From IMG/VR virus record IMGVR_UViG_3300010155_000008, positions 1 through 54,055 of that record: 54,055 nt of DNA; one strand, 5' to 3'. Source of the stretch: a virus. Its lineage: Duplodnaviria > Caudoviricetes. The position numbers and the translations under genes were made by a program. This document shows, in pieces, positions 38,378 to 48,185 of the stretch. Under the pieces are notes generated by a model. The model was given only the letters and a program-made list of their open reading frames with translations. It did not search any database and had not been told where the DNA came from. The number at the start of each line of letters is the position of its first letter. Position 1 is the stretch's first letter.

Positions 38378-40285
38378 TTAAAATAATTGTAATTGTGTTT
38401 TAATTGGCTCAAGAGATTCTATTTCTTTTTTAGCCTTTTTTATATAAAAATCATAATTAATATCATAATTTTCAAATGGTTTTTCTATGTAATCAATAAA
38501 CACAGTTTGTAACCATTTTCCTGCCTCAACTTGAGACACTCTATTATCAATATAATTTATTTTAAGAATTTTAGATCCTTTATTACTAATGTAATATCTA
38601 ACAGTTTTTTGAAGTTTGTCTTTATTATGTTTTTCATTTTTAACATAATTTTCCCAAAACTCCCAATTACCTTTAGCTTTTACACCACCACAAAAATCAA
38701 AAATATTTTTATTTTCTTTGATTGATTCTTCAGGATTTTTTCCATTGATAAAATAATCATATATAGCTTTACGTACACATAAGAAACTTTTATTTTTATG
38801 TAATGGTAAATCTTCAAATACAAATCTACCTTTACATTTAGTATTAGTTTCTTTTCCTTCAGTTTGTGCAATGTAATTATTTACATCTGCTAATACAACT
38901 TTTTGATATGTATCATGTTCTAATTGTAAATTAGTTATATCTTCCCATTGTTTACATATCTCCATATATGTATCTACATACTTTCTTGGAATTCTAGTCT
39001 CAAGACCATCTGTATTTTGCATTAGAGGAACAGCATTTGGGATACCTTCACATATCATTTCATATAACATCATAAGACTTAATTGTCCATTAAGAGTTAT
39101 ACGCATAGTAAGCTCAGGATCATATAAGAAACTGTTTTGATCATTACTAAGACCATAAGTACTATTTAGTACAATCTTATAAACATAGTTTCTTGGATCA
39201 GATTTAGGTATCTTTTTTCTTTCATTAAAAAACCATTCATACTGATCACAGAATTCTTCTTTAGGAAGATGTGCAGGAGCCCACCCATTTCTAATAGCTA
39301 GATTTGGATAAAAACTTGTTACATCACTTGTCATAATTACATATTCTTGATTAGATATATATATCTCTTTACGTGCACCATGTACACCACCAAGACCAAA
39401 GTGTGTAGTGATTCCTTTATATCTAACACTATATTTAAAACTACCTTTTAAATCATATGGATCTAGTTCTAGGTCTTTAAACTTATTAACTAGCTTTTGA
39501 AAGGTTGCTGTCTCAAATTTAATATAAGGTAATAAAAGATCATTAACTATAAGTTTAGACCTATAGGTTCTCATCTTTTTTAAATCATATTTTTTTATTC
39601 CTGTTTTTTTACTTAGGAACATTGCAAATAATTCTTTTGCAATTCTTGGTTCAGATGCACTTAATAGATCTATATTGTATTCTGTTGTTAATTCTTGTCT
39701 TAAAGCAATTTCTTTCTTGCTGCGATACATAATTGCTTTAGTTGAAGCAACATCATTAATACAATACTCTATTATAGCATCTATTTCTTTTAAGGTTTTG
39801 ATTTTAGTACTATGATGTATTGGCATATCTTGAATATTTTGCCAATTCATACTAAATTGAGCCCACTTTAAACTAGTTCTCTTAGCTGCATTATCCCAAT
39901 GATTGAGTTTAAATAAATCTATCTGCTTAATTTGCAGAGTCCAAGGAGCAAATACTGACCATTCACCTTCATTTTGTCTTTGAATAGTATCTTGAGCTTT
40001 TTCATATATAAACAAAGCAACTTCTTCACCACTCATTTCAAGTAGCTGGTCTTTGTTTGCTAATATGTGTTCTGTTACTTGAGCATCAAATGCAATACCA
40101 TTAAAAGATACATGCCATTCATTTTGAATAATGTTTCTTTCTAGAAATGTTATAAATTCTAGACAATCATTTCTTTCTTTATGAATAACAAATATTTCTC
40201 TATCTATAGATTTAATATCTTCAAAAACAGCTATGAAACAATTTAATAGAGTTTCATAGTCCATTACAAAATGTTGTCTAGACAT
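38378..40285 (-). CDS. Family B DNA polymerase with 3'-5' exonuclease
   Basis: Exonuclease motifs DYET, FNGIAFD, YCINDV. Polymerase motifs SDVTSFYPN, KIVLNSTYG, NTDG. C-terminal QLQLF. Confidence 0.93.
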   Translation of the reverse strand: MSRQHFVMDYETLLNCFIAVFEDIKSIDREIFVIHKERNDCLEFITFLERNIIQNEWHVSFNGIAFDAQVTEHILANKDQLLEMSGEEVALFIYEKAQDTIQRQNEGEWSVFAPWTLQIKQIDLFKLNHWDNAAKRTSLKWAQFSMNWQNIQDMPIHHSTKIKTLKEIDAIIEYCINDVASTKAIMYRSKKEIALRQELTTEYNIDLLSASEPRIAKELFAMFLSKKTGIKKYDLKKMRTYRSKLIVNDLLLPYIKFETATFQKLVNKFKDLELDPYDLKGSFKYSVRYKGITTHFGLGGVHGARKEIYISNQEYVIMTSDVTSFYPNLAIRNGWAPAHLPKEEFCDQYEWFFNERKKIPKSDPRNYVYKIVLNSTYGLSNDQNSFLYDPELTMRITLNGQLSLMMLYEMICEGIPNAVPLMQNTDGLETRIPRKYVDTYMEICKQWEDITNLQLEHDTYQKVVLADVNNYIAQTEGKETNTKCKGRFVFEDLPLHKNKSFLCVRKAIYDYFINGKNPEESIKENKNIFDFCGGVKAKGNWEFWENYVKNEKHNKDKLQKTVRYYISNKGSKILKINYIDNRVSQVEAGKWLQTVFIDYIEKPFENYDINYDFYIKKAKKEIESLEPIKTQLQLF

Positions 40286-40286
40286 G

Positions 40287-40670
40287 TTAATCTATTATAG
40301 CAGCTACTGAAGGTTTATTAGATACTTTATCTAAATGTTTAGTAATATCAAATTTCTTTGCATTAATAGCAAAAAGATTTATTATTTCTTTAATAGAATT
40401 TGTATCTACAATATAATACTCTTGAAAAGTATCAATTGATTTTCTATCTTGTTTTGCTCCTTTGAGACCTGAAATGGCTTTACCATAATCATCAAGTTTA
40501 GGAAGCATATGTAAAGATGTTTTAGTTACTTTACTAATAATTACAAAAACTTTAGAAGAAGGATCAAAAATACATTCTACATAAGGACAATCATTACTGA
40601 TTGGTATCATTTTAAAAGTTTGTGTTTCGTGCCAGCTTGATTCAACCAGCATCATTGTTTTATTATCCAT
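40287..40670 (-). CDS. Hypothetical protein (127 aa)
   Basis: ORF in the replication operon, 1 nt from the polymerase start. Confidence 0.7.
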   Translation of the reverse strand: MDNKTMMLVESSWHETQTFKMIPISNDCPYVECIFDPSSKVFVIISKVTKTSLHMLPKLDDYGKAISGLKGAKQDRKSIDTFQEYYIVDTNSIKEIINLFAINAKKFDITKHLDKVSNKPSVAAIID

Positions 40671-40691
40671 ATTAGTTTTATTATAAATTAA

Positions 40692-41258
40692 TTAATTAAT
40701 TATTTTTACATTTTCTAATTTTACTATTTTCATTGTTAAAGTTTCTTTTTTAAGATCAGGTTTACTACATAATTCACCAACTTTTTTGATAATGTTTATA
40801 TCAACATCTAAACATTCTGCATAATTATCAAAATATTCATTTGGATATAAGTAACTACTCATATATACATAATTAGCACTATGTACATCAAAAAATCCTT
40901 TTATTTTTCCTTTAATTTTATTGTTAAGATTGCTATATTTACCATTAATAAAATATTGCCAATCTTCTTTCATATCAGAAAAATCAAAAATAAATAATTT
41001 ATTGTGTTGATCTATTAATTGTATATCATATAGTCTATTATGTTTTAGTAAAACATTTTTTTCATACTTTTCATATTCATTTGATTTATTAGGATGATAT
41101 AAACACACTAACTTCATATCCTCAGTTTCATAAAACGGATACCAAGTGAGATAAGTCTCACTTGGTACAATTTTAGAACCTCTTTTAATTCCAAGAAGCG
41201 GATATAAAAACACCTTGGATTTTTGAAAATATTTATTATAAACAGATTTTATTGCCAT
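40692..41258 (-). CDS. Hypothetical protein (188 aa)
   Basis: ORF co-oriented and closely spaced in the operon. Confidence 0.7.
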   Translation of the reverse strand: MAIKSVYNKYFQKSKVFLYPLLGIKRGSKIVPSETYLTWYPFYETEDMKLVCLYHPNKSNEYEKYEKNVLLKHNRLYDIQLIDQHNKLFIFDFSDMKEDWQYFINGKYSNLNNKIKGKIKGFFDVHSANYVYMSSYLYPNEYFDNYAECLDVDINIIKKVGELCSKPDLKKETLTMKIVKLENVKIIN

Positions 41259-41270
41259 ACATATTAAGAT

Positions 41271-42287
41271 TTAAAGTTTTAAATTTTCAACTGCTAATTC
41301 ATAAGGTAAATTATAATCTTTCTTTTCATAATGGTATACAACTTGTTTAAGAACTTTTTCATAAAATCTTTTCATCCATTCACTCATTGTTTTAGGAGTA
41401 ACTTGGAAAGGATATACTTGATTATATTTGTCTACTACAATAAATGTAAATTGTATATTCCAATCTTTAGCATCATCTTTATCAACAATATATGTATAAA
41501 ATGCAAGATTATAATATAAAGCTGCTTGAATCCAATATCTATAATATTCTACAGATTCTGGAAAATCAATTAAAGGTTTCCCTGTTGTTTTTAAATCATT
41601 AATAAATAAGATTTTTTTTTCATCATCAATTACTATGTTATCAAGTATACCTTTAAAACCAAATGCAAATTTACCATATAATAATTTATCAGTTTTAGCA
41701 GAAATTTCATTATATACTTTTAAATCAGAATCATCAAGTTGTAATAATGCTTTAACAGATTCATTTTCTTTAATAGATTCTACACACTCTTTACAATAGT
41801 TAAGTGTTTCATAATCTAATAAGGTTTTTCCTTGACTTGACTTCAAGAATTCAAAATAACTAATATTATCAGCTATTAAGATTTTCTTTGTTCTTGCTTC
41901 ATCAGTTTTAAGCTTTTGATGCAAGTTTATTTTTTTCAGGAGATCTACTATTGCAGTCTCATACTTCAACAAAGTTAATGAATCATCTGAAGTTTCCAAA
42001 TGTAATTTGAAAATTTCATCTACAATCATTCTATTGTTACCACTTGGAAGTCTACCAGGCACAGTTATAAATTCATTATTATAGTCTTCAGGGTTTAAAA
42101 GAAGGCAGTGAATGACCCTACCTTTTACAAGGTGAGGGTCAACACTATCTTCCTTTTGTTTGAGCACATAATGATTAAAAAACATGCTTGGTGAAAACAA
42201 TAATTTGTTTATGCTGCTATAGCTGAAATAGAATTTTTCTCTATAAAATTGTTTTAGTTCATCAGAACCAATCAAATTCTTCTTCAT
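41271..42287 (-). CDS. PD-(D/E)XK exonuclease (RecE/Cas4-like fold)
   Basis: FSYSSIN, GRVIHCLLL, FKGILDNIVID..INDLKTT and YWIQAALY motifs. Confidence 0.85.
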   Translation of the reverse strand: MKKNLIGSDELKQFYREKFYFSYSSINKLLFSPSMFFNHYVLKQKEDSVDPHLVKGRVIHCLLLNPEDYNNEFITVPGRLPSGNNRMIVDEIFKLHLETSDDSLTLLKYETAIVDLLKKINLHQKLKTDEARTKKILIADNISYFEFLKSSQGKTLLDYETLNYCKECVESIKENESVKALLQLDDSDLKVYNEISAKTDKLLYGKFAFGFKGILDNIVIDDEKKILFINDLKTTGKPLIDFPESVEYYRYWIQAALYYNLAFYTYIVDKDDAKDWNIQFTFIVVDKYNQVYPFQVTPKTMSEWMKRFYEKVLKQVVYHYEKKDYNLPYELAVENLKL

Positions 42288-43758
42288 CTTTTGTTTGTTT
42301 AATTAAAGTTTGTGTAACTTTTTTTATTGTTTTTATTTCTGTCTCTTCAATTTCAGGATTTCCCTGGACAGCTGTTTTTGCCGTGTCAGCCTCAGAATTT
42401 GAAACTTCTTCTACAGTATCTTCATTAACTGATTCTTTAGTTATTAAAGTTTCCATAACTTCATTTGTTGTTTCTTCAATAGAGTCAGAATTTTCTTCAA
42501 GTTTTATATTTTCTTCAGAGATTGGGTCTTCTTCAAGAATTTTTTCAACATCACTTTTTTCATGATAATGGTCAGTTTTAGAAGTCCAATAAAATCCTGT
42601 TTTTTCTGCAACTTCAGGGTTTAATGTATACTCTCTTGGTTTAACAAATTCACTATATCCTCCATTATTAAAAAAGTGTGCGTTTTCTTCCATTATAATT
42701 TTTAAAGCTTCTTTAGATAATGAATCATGAGATACTAAACCTCTAATTAGTGTATCAACATGTTGATTGTAATAATTATCTTTATCCATATAACTTTTAA
42801 GAGATTTAAAGTTTACATGATTTTTGGATTTAGAATATTGTATTTCATGATTATGATGATAATATAGAAGTTCTAACCATAGTACACTTTCTTTATAATT
42901 ACAGTTAGCCATAATTTCCATAGCAAGTATATGATTTTCTGAATCACTACTTTTAAACATGTTACGTAAGTTTTCATACATGTCTTTATTAATAGTAGTA
43001 CAATCTTCTCCATTAACAACTTCAAGAAGTCCATTTTGTTCTATAATAGTTTTACCTACTACACTATTGAGAAAGTCAACATTGTGATCAGATATAGTAA
43101 AAACATATTGACTATTATTTTTACTATTATTTGGGTATTTTAATCTATATTGTTTCCATGCTTTTGTAAGCAAAAGAGAAAAATTATCTGGTTTATTAGA
43201 AGAATTATTATTAAATAAGGCTTGTGTTTGCCAATCAGTTAATATTTTAAAATCTTCACCATGTTCTTCTGCATAAGCTTTTAAATGAAGATTTACATTT
43301 ACAAAACGTTCTTGATAATAAGAATCTAAATTTTCAACTATTTTTAAAAGTTCAGAATAAACATTTTCCCATATTGGGTAAGGTATATTATAATACCATT
43401 CTTGTTTAACAAGTTTATCACTTGCCACAGAACTACCTACAATTACTGTAGCTTTTTCTATATCTGTTGTTGTTCTAATTTTATAGTTTAAAGATAGATC
43501 TTTTAATTTTACTCTTGGAACTGTAACTCCTTTCATAAAATAAATTCTATCATTCTTTTTAGGTATATAAGCTTGTGCATCAAGCTCAACTAAATTGCGA
43601 GGAGTAGAATATCCTGTATCAGTTTTATCAATGATGTTTTTATGAAAAGTAGTTAGGTTATCTGCTTCCAATTCTATATCAGTAAAAGAGTGTTTTCCAT
43701 ATTCATCTCTTTCTGTATTCCAGTCTATTGTAAAATAGGGTATTTGTTTTATATTCAT
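42262..43758 (-). CDS. Hypothetical protein (498 aa) with possible BRCT-like N-terminal domain, helical motif and acidic tail
   Basis: RIYFMKGVTVPRVKL...TTDIEKATVIVG resembles BRCT. Contains the MFKSSDSENHILAMEI motif and an acidic C-terminus ending EEFDWF. Confidence 0.6.
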   Translation of the reverse strand: MNIKQIPYFTIDWNTERDEYGKHSFTDIELEADNLTTFHKNIIDKTDTGYSTPRNLVELDAQAYIPKKNDRIYFMKGVTVPRVKLKDLSLNYKIRTTTDIEKATVIVGSSVASDKLVKQEWYYNIPYPIWENVYSELLKIVENLDSYYQERFVNVNLHLKAYAEEHGEDFKILTDWQTQALFNNNSSNKPDNFSLLLTKAWKQYRLKYPNNSKNNSQYVFTISDHNVDFLNSVVGKTIIEQNGLLEVVNGEDCTTINKDMYENLRNMFKSSDSENHILAMEIMANCNYKESVLWLELLYYHHNHEIQYSKSKNHVNFKSLKSYMDKDNYYNQHVDTLIRGLVSHDSLSKEALKIIMEENAHFFNNGGYSEFVKPREYTLNPEVAEKTGFYWTSKTDHYHEKSDVEKILEEDPISEENIKLEENSDSIEETTNEVMETLITKESVNEDTVEEVSNSEADTAKTAVQGNPEIEETEIKTIKKVTQTLIKQTKDEEEFDWF

Positions 43759-43771
43759 TTTTTAATAATTT

Positions 43772-43803
43772 AAAAAAGATAGGGAATTTATTTTCCCTAT
43801 CTT
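43772..43803 (-). terminator. Rho-independent terminator downstream of the AAA ATPase gene
   Basis: The - strand reads AAGATAGGGAA-AATAAA-TTCCCTATCTT followed by TTTT. Confidence 0.8.
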
Positions 43804-43826
43804 ATATTAATTTAGTTATTTATAAT

Positions 43827-45002
43827 TTATTTTACAGTCATTGCTACAACTTTTTGATTTAACATCAGTTTAGAAAACTTTGCTTTATTAGCATTAAGAA
43901 TTTCTTTAACCATGTAATATCTTAAGTCATCAGTGAATGATTCACAGTCTGTAGTTAATTCTATTAATCTATTGATTAATTTTTGTGAAACTGAACCTTT
44001 TTCAGATAACATAACTGAGTAGTTTATAATTCTAGTACTAATAATACTAGATATATCTGCTCTAAATTCATCATCTATTCCAATACAAGAATTTAAAGAT
44101 CCTTTTACATAATCCCAATTTTCATTTGTAAGAATTTGTTGAGGACTAATAATCTTATCTAACTTGTTATTAATAAACATAGCAAATAAAGCAGAAGGTT
44201 CTGCACCAATTGATCCATCACCAATCATATTAATTAATGGGAGATCATCTTCAAATTTTTGAATAGAACTAATAGAGTTAAAGAAAGTAGTAATACTTCT
44301 AGGATTAACTTTTTGAGTTACTGTTTCAGGATTCATTAATAAAAAATTAATACATCTACCATCAATCCCTTCACTTTCTGCCCATTTAGCCCATACATCT
44401 ACATCAAATTTTAATTCAGTAGAAATAAATCTAGTTCTTTGAGCATCATCAAGAGATGTTACTTGATAATCTCCATTATCTGGATTAGTAGTTAAAAGTA
44501 CATGCCAGTTCTTAGGTAAACTCCAAGAAATATATTCTTGTCTATCTATTAATTCCATAGTAGCTTGCATGAATCTATGATCAGCTCTAGTATAATCATC
44601 TAATACTAAAAAACCACCTTCTTTTTTACCTTGAATCCATTCAGGTGCAGCATGAGACATTCTTTTGTCTATAACTTTATAACCTTTTTTCATAGCTGCA
44701 TTCATTTGGCTATCATTAATCCAAGTGCTTTGACCTTCTTTATTTTGAATTTTAAATTCTTTTACAGGAAATCCAACAAGATCACCTAATTCTTCTATCT
44801 GTGATAGATTAATTTTTACAACATCCATTTCCAACTCTCTACCAAGTTGAATAATTGCAGAAGTTTTACCTAAACCTGCATCTCCTTCAATATTTACAGC
44901 AACAGGAATTTTTCCTTCATTTTGAATATGCTGATTATTTTTCACCATGTGCTTTAAAAAGCCTTTTAACTCATCAACGTTTAATTGTGTGCTTTCACTC
45001 AT
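43827..45002 (-). CDS. MoxR-like AAA+ ATPase
   Basis: Walker A GDAGLGKT, LSQIEELGDLVGFP, Walker B LVLDD, TTNP, and arginine finger DDAQRTRF. Adjacent to a VWA gene. Confidence 0.85.
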   Translation of the reverse strand: MSESTQLNVDELKGFLKHMVKNNQHIQNEGKIPVAVNIEGDAGLGKTSAIIQLGRELEMDVVKINLSQIEELGDLVGFPVKEFKIQNKEGQSTWINDSQMNAAMKKGYKVIDKRMSHAAPEWIQGKKEGGFLVLDDYTRADHRFMQATMELIDRQEYISWSLPKNWHVLLTTNPDNGDYQVTSLDDAQRTRFISTELKFDVDVWAKWAESEGIDGRCINFLLMNPETVTQKVNPRSITTFFNSISSIQKFEDDLPLINMIGDGSIGAEPSALFAMFINNKLDKIISPQQILTNENWDYVKGSLNSCIGIDDEFRADISSIISTRIINYSVMLSEKGSVSQKLINRLIELTTDCESFTDDLRYYMVKEILNANKAKFSKLMLNQKVVAMTVK

Positions 45003-45014
45003 TTATTTTATTTT

Positions 45015-46232
45015 TTAAAGTTCTAATCTAATTTGTTTTCCTGGTAAGTTATCATTAAAATCAGATCTCTCTGACAATACCCATAAAATTTGTTTTCTGG
45101 GTTTTATATCTGTCCAAGCCTCTCCATCTGTAAAATAGATTAAGCTTGTATATTTATTATTTTCTTCAAAATATTCTAGAACAGGATTAAAGTCTGTACC
45201 TCCTCTACCTGCAACTTCTAATTCAAATTTTCCATCATATTGTTTGATAGATTGTATTCTAGAATCACATTGTGCAATTGTAACATCAACACCTGCTTTA
45301 TATAAATGATGGATTTCATTTATAAATTCTTTTAATTCGTCATTACAAACAGAACCTGAAGTATCAATACCAACAAGCATATTTTGTCTCATCTTTACTT
45401 TAAGACCAGGATTTTCAGAAAATCTTTTATTTTCTTTTCTTCTAAGTTTTCTAGTAAAGATTTTTGTAGATAAACCTGTAAATCTTCTAATATATTTTTT
45501 CCAATTAAATTTAGGTGGTATAATTTCATCTAATTTGATGATACCTTCAATTTCTCCTGGTATATACCCTCTCTTTTTAATTGTCTGTTCTTTAGCTTCA
45601 CTAAGAACTCTTTGAATTTGTTTTTCAATTAGTTTCTTTTCAGCATCAGGCATGTCTTCAAATTCATCCCATTGATGATTTGGAATATTAACATCTTTAA
45701 TATTTCCATCTGCATCTAGAGTAACTGTTATTTGTCCACCTTCCATTCCATCAAGAAGTTTGTCCATATTCTTATCTCCACAAGTATCCTTCTGTTTTTT
45801 ATCTTCTTGAGCTTGTTTAAGCTTATCATAATAATATCTACAACCAGCTCTTCTATCTAAATTAAGATCAGAATAGTCATCTATATCTATTCCACCTTTA
45901 GGTAACCAATCATTACTTATATATTGATTGATTTCCATATCCATTGCAATATTCGCTATCTTTTTATCACTAAATATAGTGAAGGTTGTAAGATGTTGAA
46001 ATGCAATATGCAATAATTCATGTTTCAGTAGTCCTAGTCTGTAGTCTTCAGACAAATCAGTCCAAAACTTCTCATTGATCATCAACTGAAAGTTGATACC
46101 ATTTTTACATACACCTGCAGTTGGAAGTTTATTACTCCAACTCTTGTGTAACATTAATAAAAAGAAACCATAATAAGGTTCCTTTAACATTAAATCTTTT
46201 GATGTTTTACTTAGTGAATCTCGTCTATTCAT
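45015..46232 (-). CDS. Metallopeptidase (HExxH) + VWA domain protein (DUF2201-like)
   Basis: HELLH and NIAMDMEINQ. MIDAS motif DTSGS, GRGGTDF, YFTDG. Confidence 0.88.
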   Translation of the reverse strand: MNRRDSLSKTSKDLMLKEPYYGFFLLMLHKSWSNKLPTAGVCKNGINFQLMINEKFWTDLSEDYRLGLLKHELLHIAFQHLTTFTIFSDKKIANIAMDMEINQYISNDWLPKGGIDIDDYSDLNLDRRAGCRYYYDKLKQAQEDKKQKDTCGDKNMDKLLDGMEGGQITVTLDADGNIKDVNIPNHQWDEFEDMPDAEKKLIEKQIQRVLSEAKEQTIKKRGYIPGEIEGIIKLDEIIPPKFNWKKYIRRFTGLSTKIFTRKLRRKENKRFSENPGLKVKMRQNMLVGIDTSGSVCNDELKEFINEIHHLYKAGVDVTIAQCDSRIQSIKQYDGKFELEVAGRGGTDFNPVLEYFEENNKYTSLIYFTDGEAWTDIKPRKQILWVLSERSDFNDNLPGKQIRLEL

Positions 46233-46663
46233 TGTGTTATTTTTATTTGGATATCTTTATATTTAAAATCAAGAGCATTAAAAATACGCTTCTTCTCATT
46301 AATAATTTCTTCAATTATTAATTCTGCTACCCATGGTTTTTTAACACGGGCATTTGGACCTATTAAATGTCCTAACCATCTTTCTTTATATTTTAAATCT
46401 TGCTTACTCATTGTAAGAGATCCTTTAGGTCTGTATTTAGTACATATATTACGAAACATTTTGGTAACTTCAGGTTTCACTATAGCCCAATCTTCTAGAT
46501 GTGGTCTACCATATACCCATAAGAACAATAGTTCTTCTTTATATATAACTTCCACAATATTTGGAGGTCCTAAATTTACAATTGCTTGCATAGCCATGTA
46601 ATGATTATCTTCATCACTAGACTGCATCATATTTAATAAGTTTCTTAAAATTTTTTTATTCAT
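46229..46663 (-). CDS. Hypothetical protein (144 aa)
   Basis: Overlaps both neighbours by 4 nt. N-terminal MMQSSDEDNHYMAMQ motif. Confidence 0.7.
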   Translation of the reverse strand: MNKKILRNLLNMMQSSDEDNHYMAMQAIVNLGPPNIVEVIYKEELLFLWVYGRPHLEDWAIVKPEVTKMFRNICTKYRPKGSLTMSKQDLKYKERWLGHLIGPNARVKKPWVAELIIEEIINEKKRIFNALDFKYKDIQIKITQ

Positions 46664-47139
46664 ACTTTTCCTTTATAAAATCTACCTAGTATATTTCCAT
46701 TCAGATATTCGTCTTTTTCTAAAACACTATGTAAAAATTGAAATTTAGTTTCTTGATAAGTAAGTTCTGCTTTTGAAAAACAAATTTTAAGTATTAACCT
46801 ATCTATATAAATTCCATCTTTATATGCTTGTTTTATATCTTTATTACTACTAAAATAATTTTTATAAGAAAGTTTTTTCATCATTGTATATTTTTTCTTT
46901 CTTTTATCTATTACTTTAGTTAAAGCTTTTTTACCAAACTTTTTTTTTTGATTTGAATAAAAATTCTTTTTACCTATATAGAAATATTCTTTATTTTCTC
47001 TTGTAAATTTCATTTTATAAACAAATCCTATAGCATTTTCAGGAATCAGTTCATCTTCAAAAGAAACACGTTCTGAATCTTCTGGATATATAATCCACCA
47101 TTTTACCATTGATTTTTTTATTTCACTTTTTAAATTCAT
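46660..47139 (-). CDS. GIY-YIG-like nuclease-family protein
   Basis: GFVY...YIGKK, YFSS, ELTYQE and YLNGNI motifs. Confidence 0.7.
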   Translation of the reverse strand: MNLKSEIKKSMVKWWIIYPEDSERVSFEDELIPENAIGFVYKMKFTRENKEYFYIGKKNFYSNQKKKFGKKALTKVIDKRKKKYTMMKKLSYKNYFSSNKDIKQAYKDGIYIDRLILKICFSKAELTYQETKFQFLHSVLEKDEYLNGNILGRFYKGKV

Positions 47140-48119
47140 ATTAATTGTTTTAATAATGGCAATAAGGTTTCCCTAGTTTTAGATAAACCATAAGTTTTAA
47201 TGGAATCAGATAAATCTTTTTCCATATCAAGAATTACATAATCAAAATTATATTTTTCTTTGTATCTTTTCATAGATTTAATTCCTGGTTCATCATTATC
47301 AAATAAAACAAATATTTTTTCATACTTTAATATTATACTTTTGAGCATACTCTCTGGTATTAAAGTATTCTCACTATCAGGTGCAATTGATTCTGCATCA
47401 TTTAACTTTAACCTATTAAATGCCATTAGATCTTTTAAAGAAGACGTAATTACAAGATATTTTTTATCATAGTTTAATTGGTCAGAACCTTGAATATAGT
47501 TTTTGACTTTAATAAACTTTTTATCAGATACTTTGGGTTGATAAACTTTATACAATGTACCATCATCTTTAAAATAACCATATAGGCTAAGACCTTTAAT
47601 AGCAATTGAACTTTCTTTACCTTTATCATCTTCTTTTGTCATCTTATAGTACTGCAATGGAGCTACATTATATTTTTCAAGAAGTCTAGACCCAATATTA
47701 AACTTAGTCCAATATTTTTGATCAATAGTTGTCCAATGTCTTATTTCATAATCAGTGACTTTATATCTACTATGAGATTTATATTCTTGAATTGGGTTAT
47801 AATTATTAGTAAGAATATATTCATTATAATCTTGAATTAACTTCATGGCAGCTTGACCACGAGTTTTAAGGTTACAAAATACTTTTACTAGTTCCACTGA
47901 ATCACCTTGTAAACCAGAAGAAAAATCTTTGAATTTATATTTATCTCTACTAATATCAAAGTAAATACACATAGAAGGAATTCTTTCTTTTGTATTAACT
48001 ATAGATTTAATTTTTACATCTTGACCATTAAGTTTGTTTGATAATCCTAAATAATATTCAAAAGGCCAACCCGCAGGTATATCTTTTAAACTAGAAATTA
48101 AATTTTTTGTTGAAATCAT
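47136..48119 (-). CDS. DnaG-like (TOPRIM) DNA primase
   Basis: LVITSSLKD and LFDND.PG (DxD), KDLSD. The start was moved to the ATG at 48119 (MISTKNL) because the longer start at 48152 lies inside a terminator hairpin. Confidence 0.8.
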   Translation of the reverse strand: MISTKNLISSLKDIPAGWPFEYYLGLSNKLNGQDVKIKSIVNTKERIPSMCIYFDISRDKYKFKDFSSGLQGDSVELVKVFCNLKTRGQAAMKLIQDYNEYILTNNYNPIQEYKSHSRYKVTDYEIRHWTTIDQKYWTKFNIGSRLLEKYNVAPLQYYKMTKEDDKGKESSIAIKGLSLYGYFKDDGTLYKVYQPKVSDKKFIKVKNYIQGSDQLNYDKKYLVITSSLKDLMAFNRLKLNDAESIAPDSENTLIPESMLKSIILKYEKIFVLFDNDEPGIKSMKRYKEKYNFDYVILDMEKDLSDSIKTYGLSKTRETLLPLLKQLI

Positions 48120-48132
48120 AAAAATTAATTTA

Positions 48133-48166
48133 GATAATAAAGGGGAAACCAATTGACTTCCCCTTT
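48133..48166 (-). terminator. Rho-independent terminator/attenuator downstream of the SSB-like gene
   Basis: The - strand reads AAAGGGGAAGTC-AATT-GGTTTCCCCTTT followed by ATTAT. Confidence 0.7.
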
Positions 48167-48185
48167 CTATAATGTTAATTATAAA

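Noticed and set aside
38378-40285. Intein or intron in the DNA polymerase
   Set aside because: All motifs are present in a compact, continuous 635-aa ORF.
46660-47139. Mobile homing endonuclease or intron
   Set aside because: The ORF is short, lacks an obvious DNA-binding extension, is coupled to both neighbours by 4-nt overlaps, and interrupts no gene.
48120-48152. Extended primase N-terminus from the ORF track (MVSPLLSKLIF)
   Set aside because: That start lies inside the terminator stem-loop. The ATG at 48119 with an AT-rich leader is more plausible.
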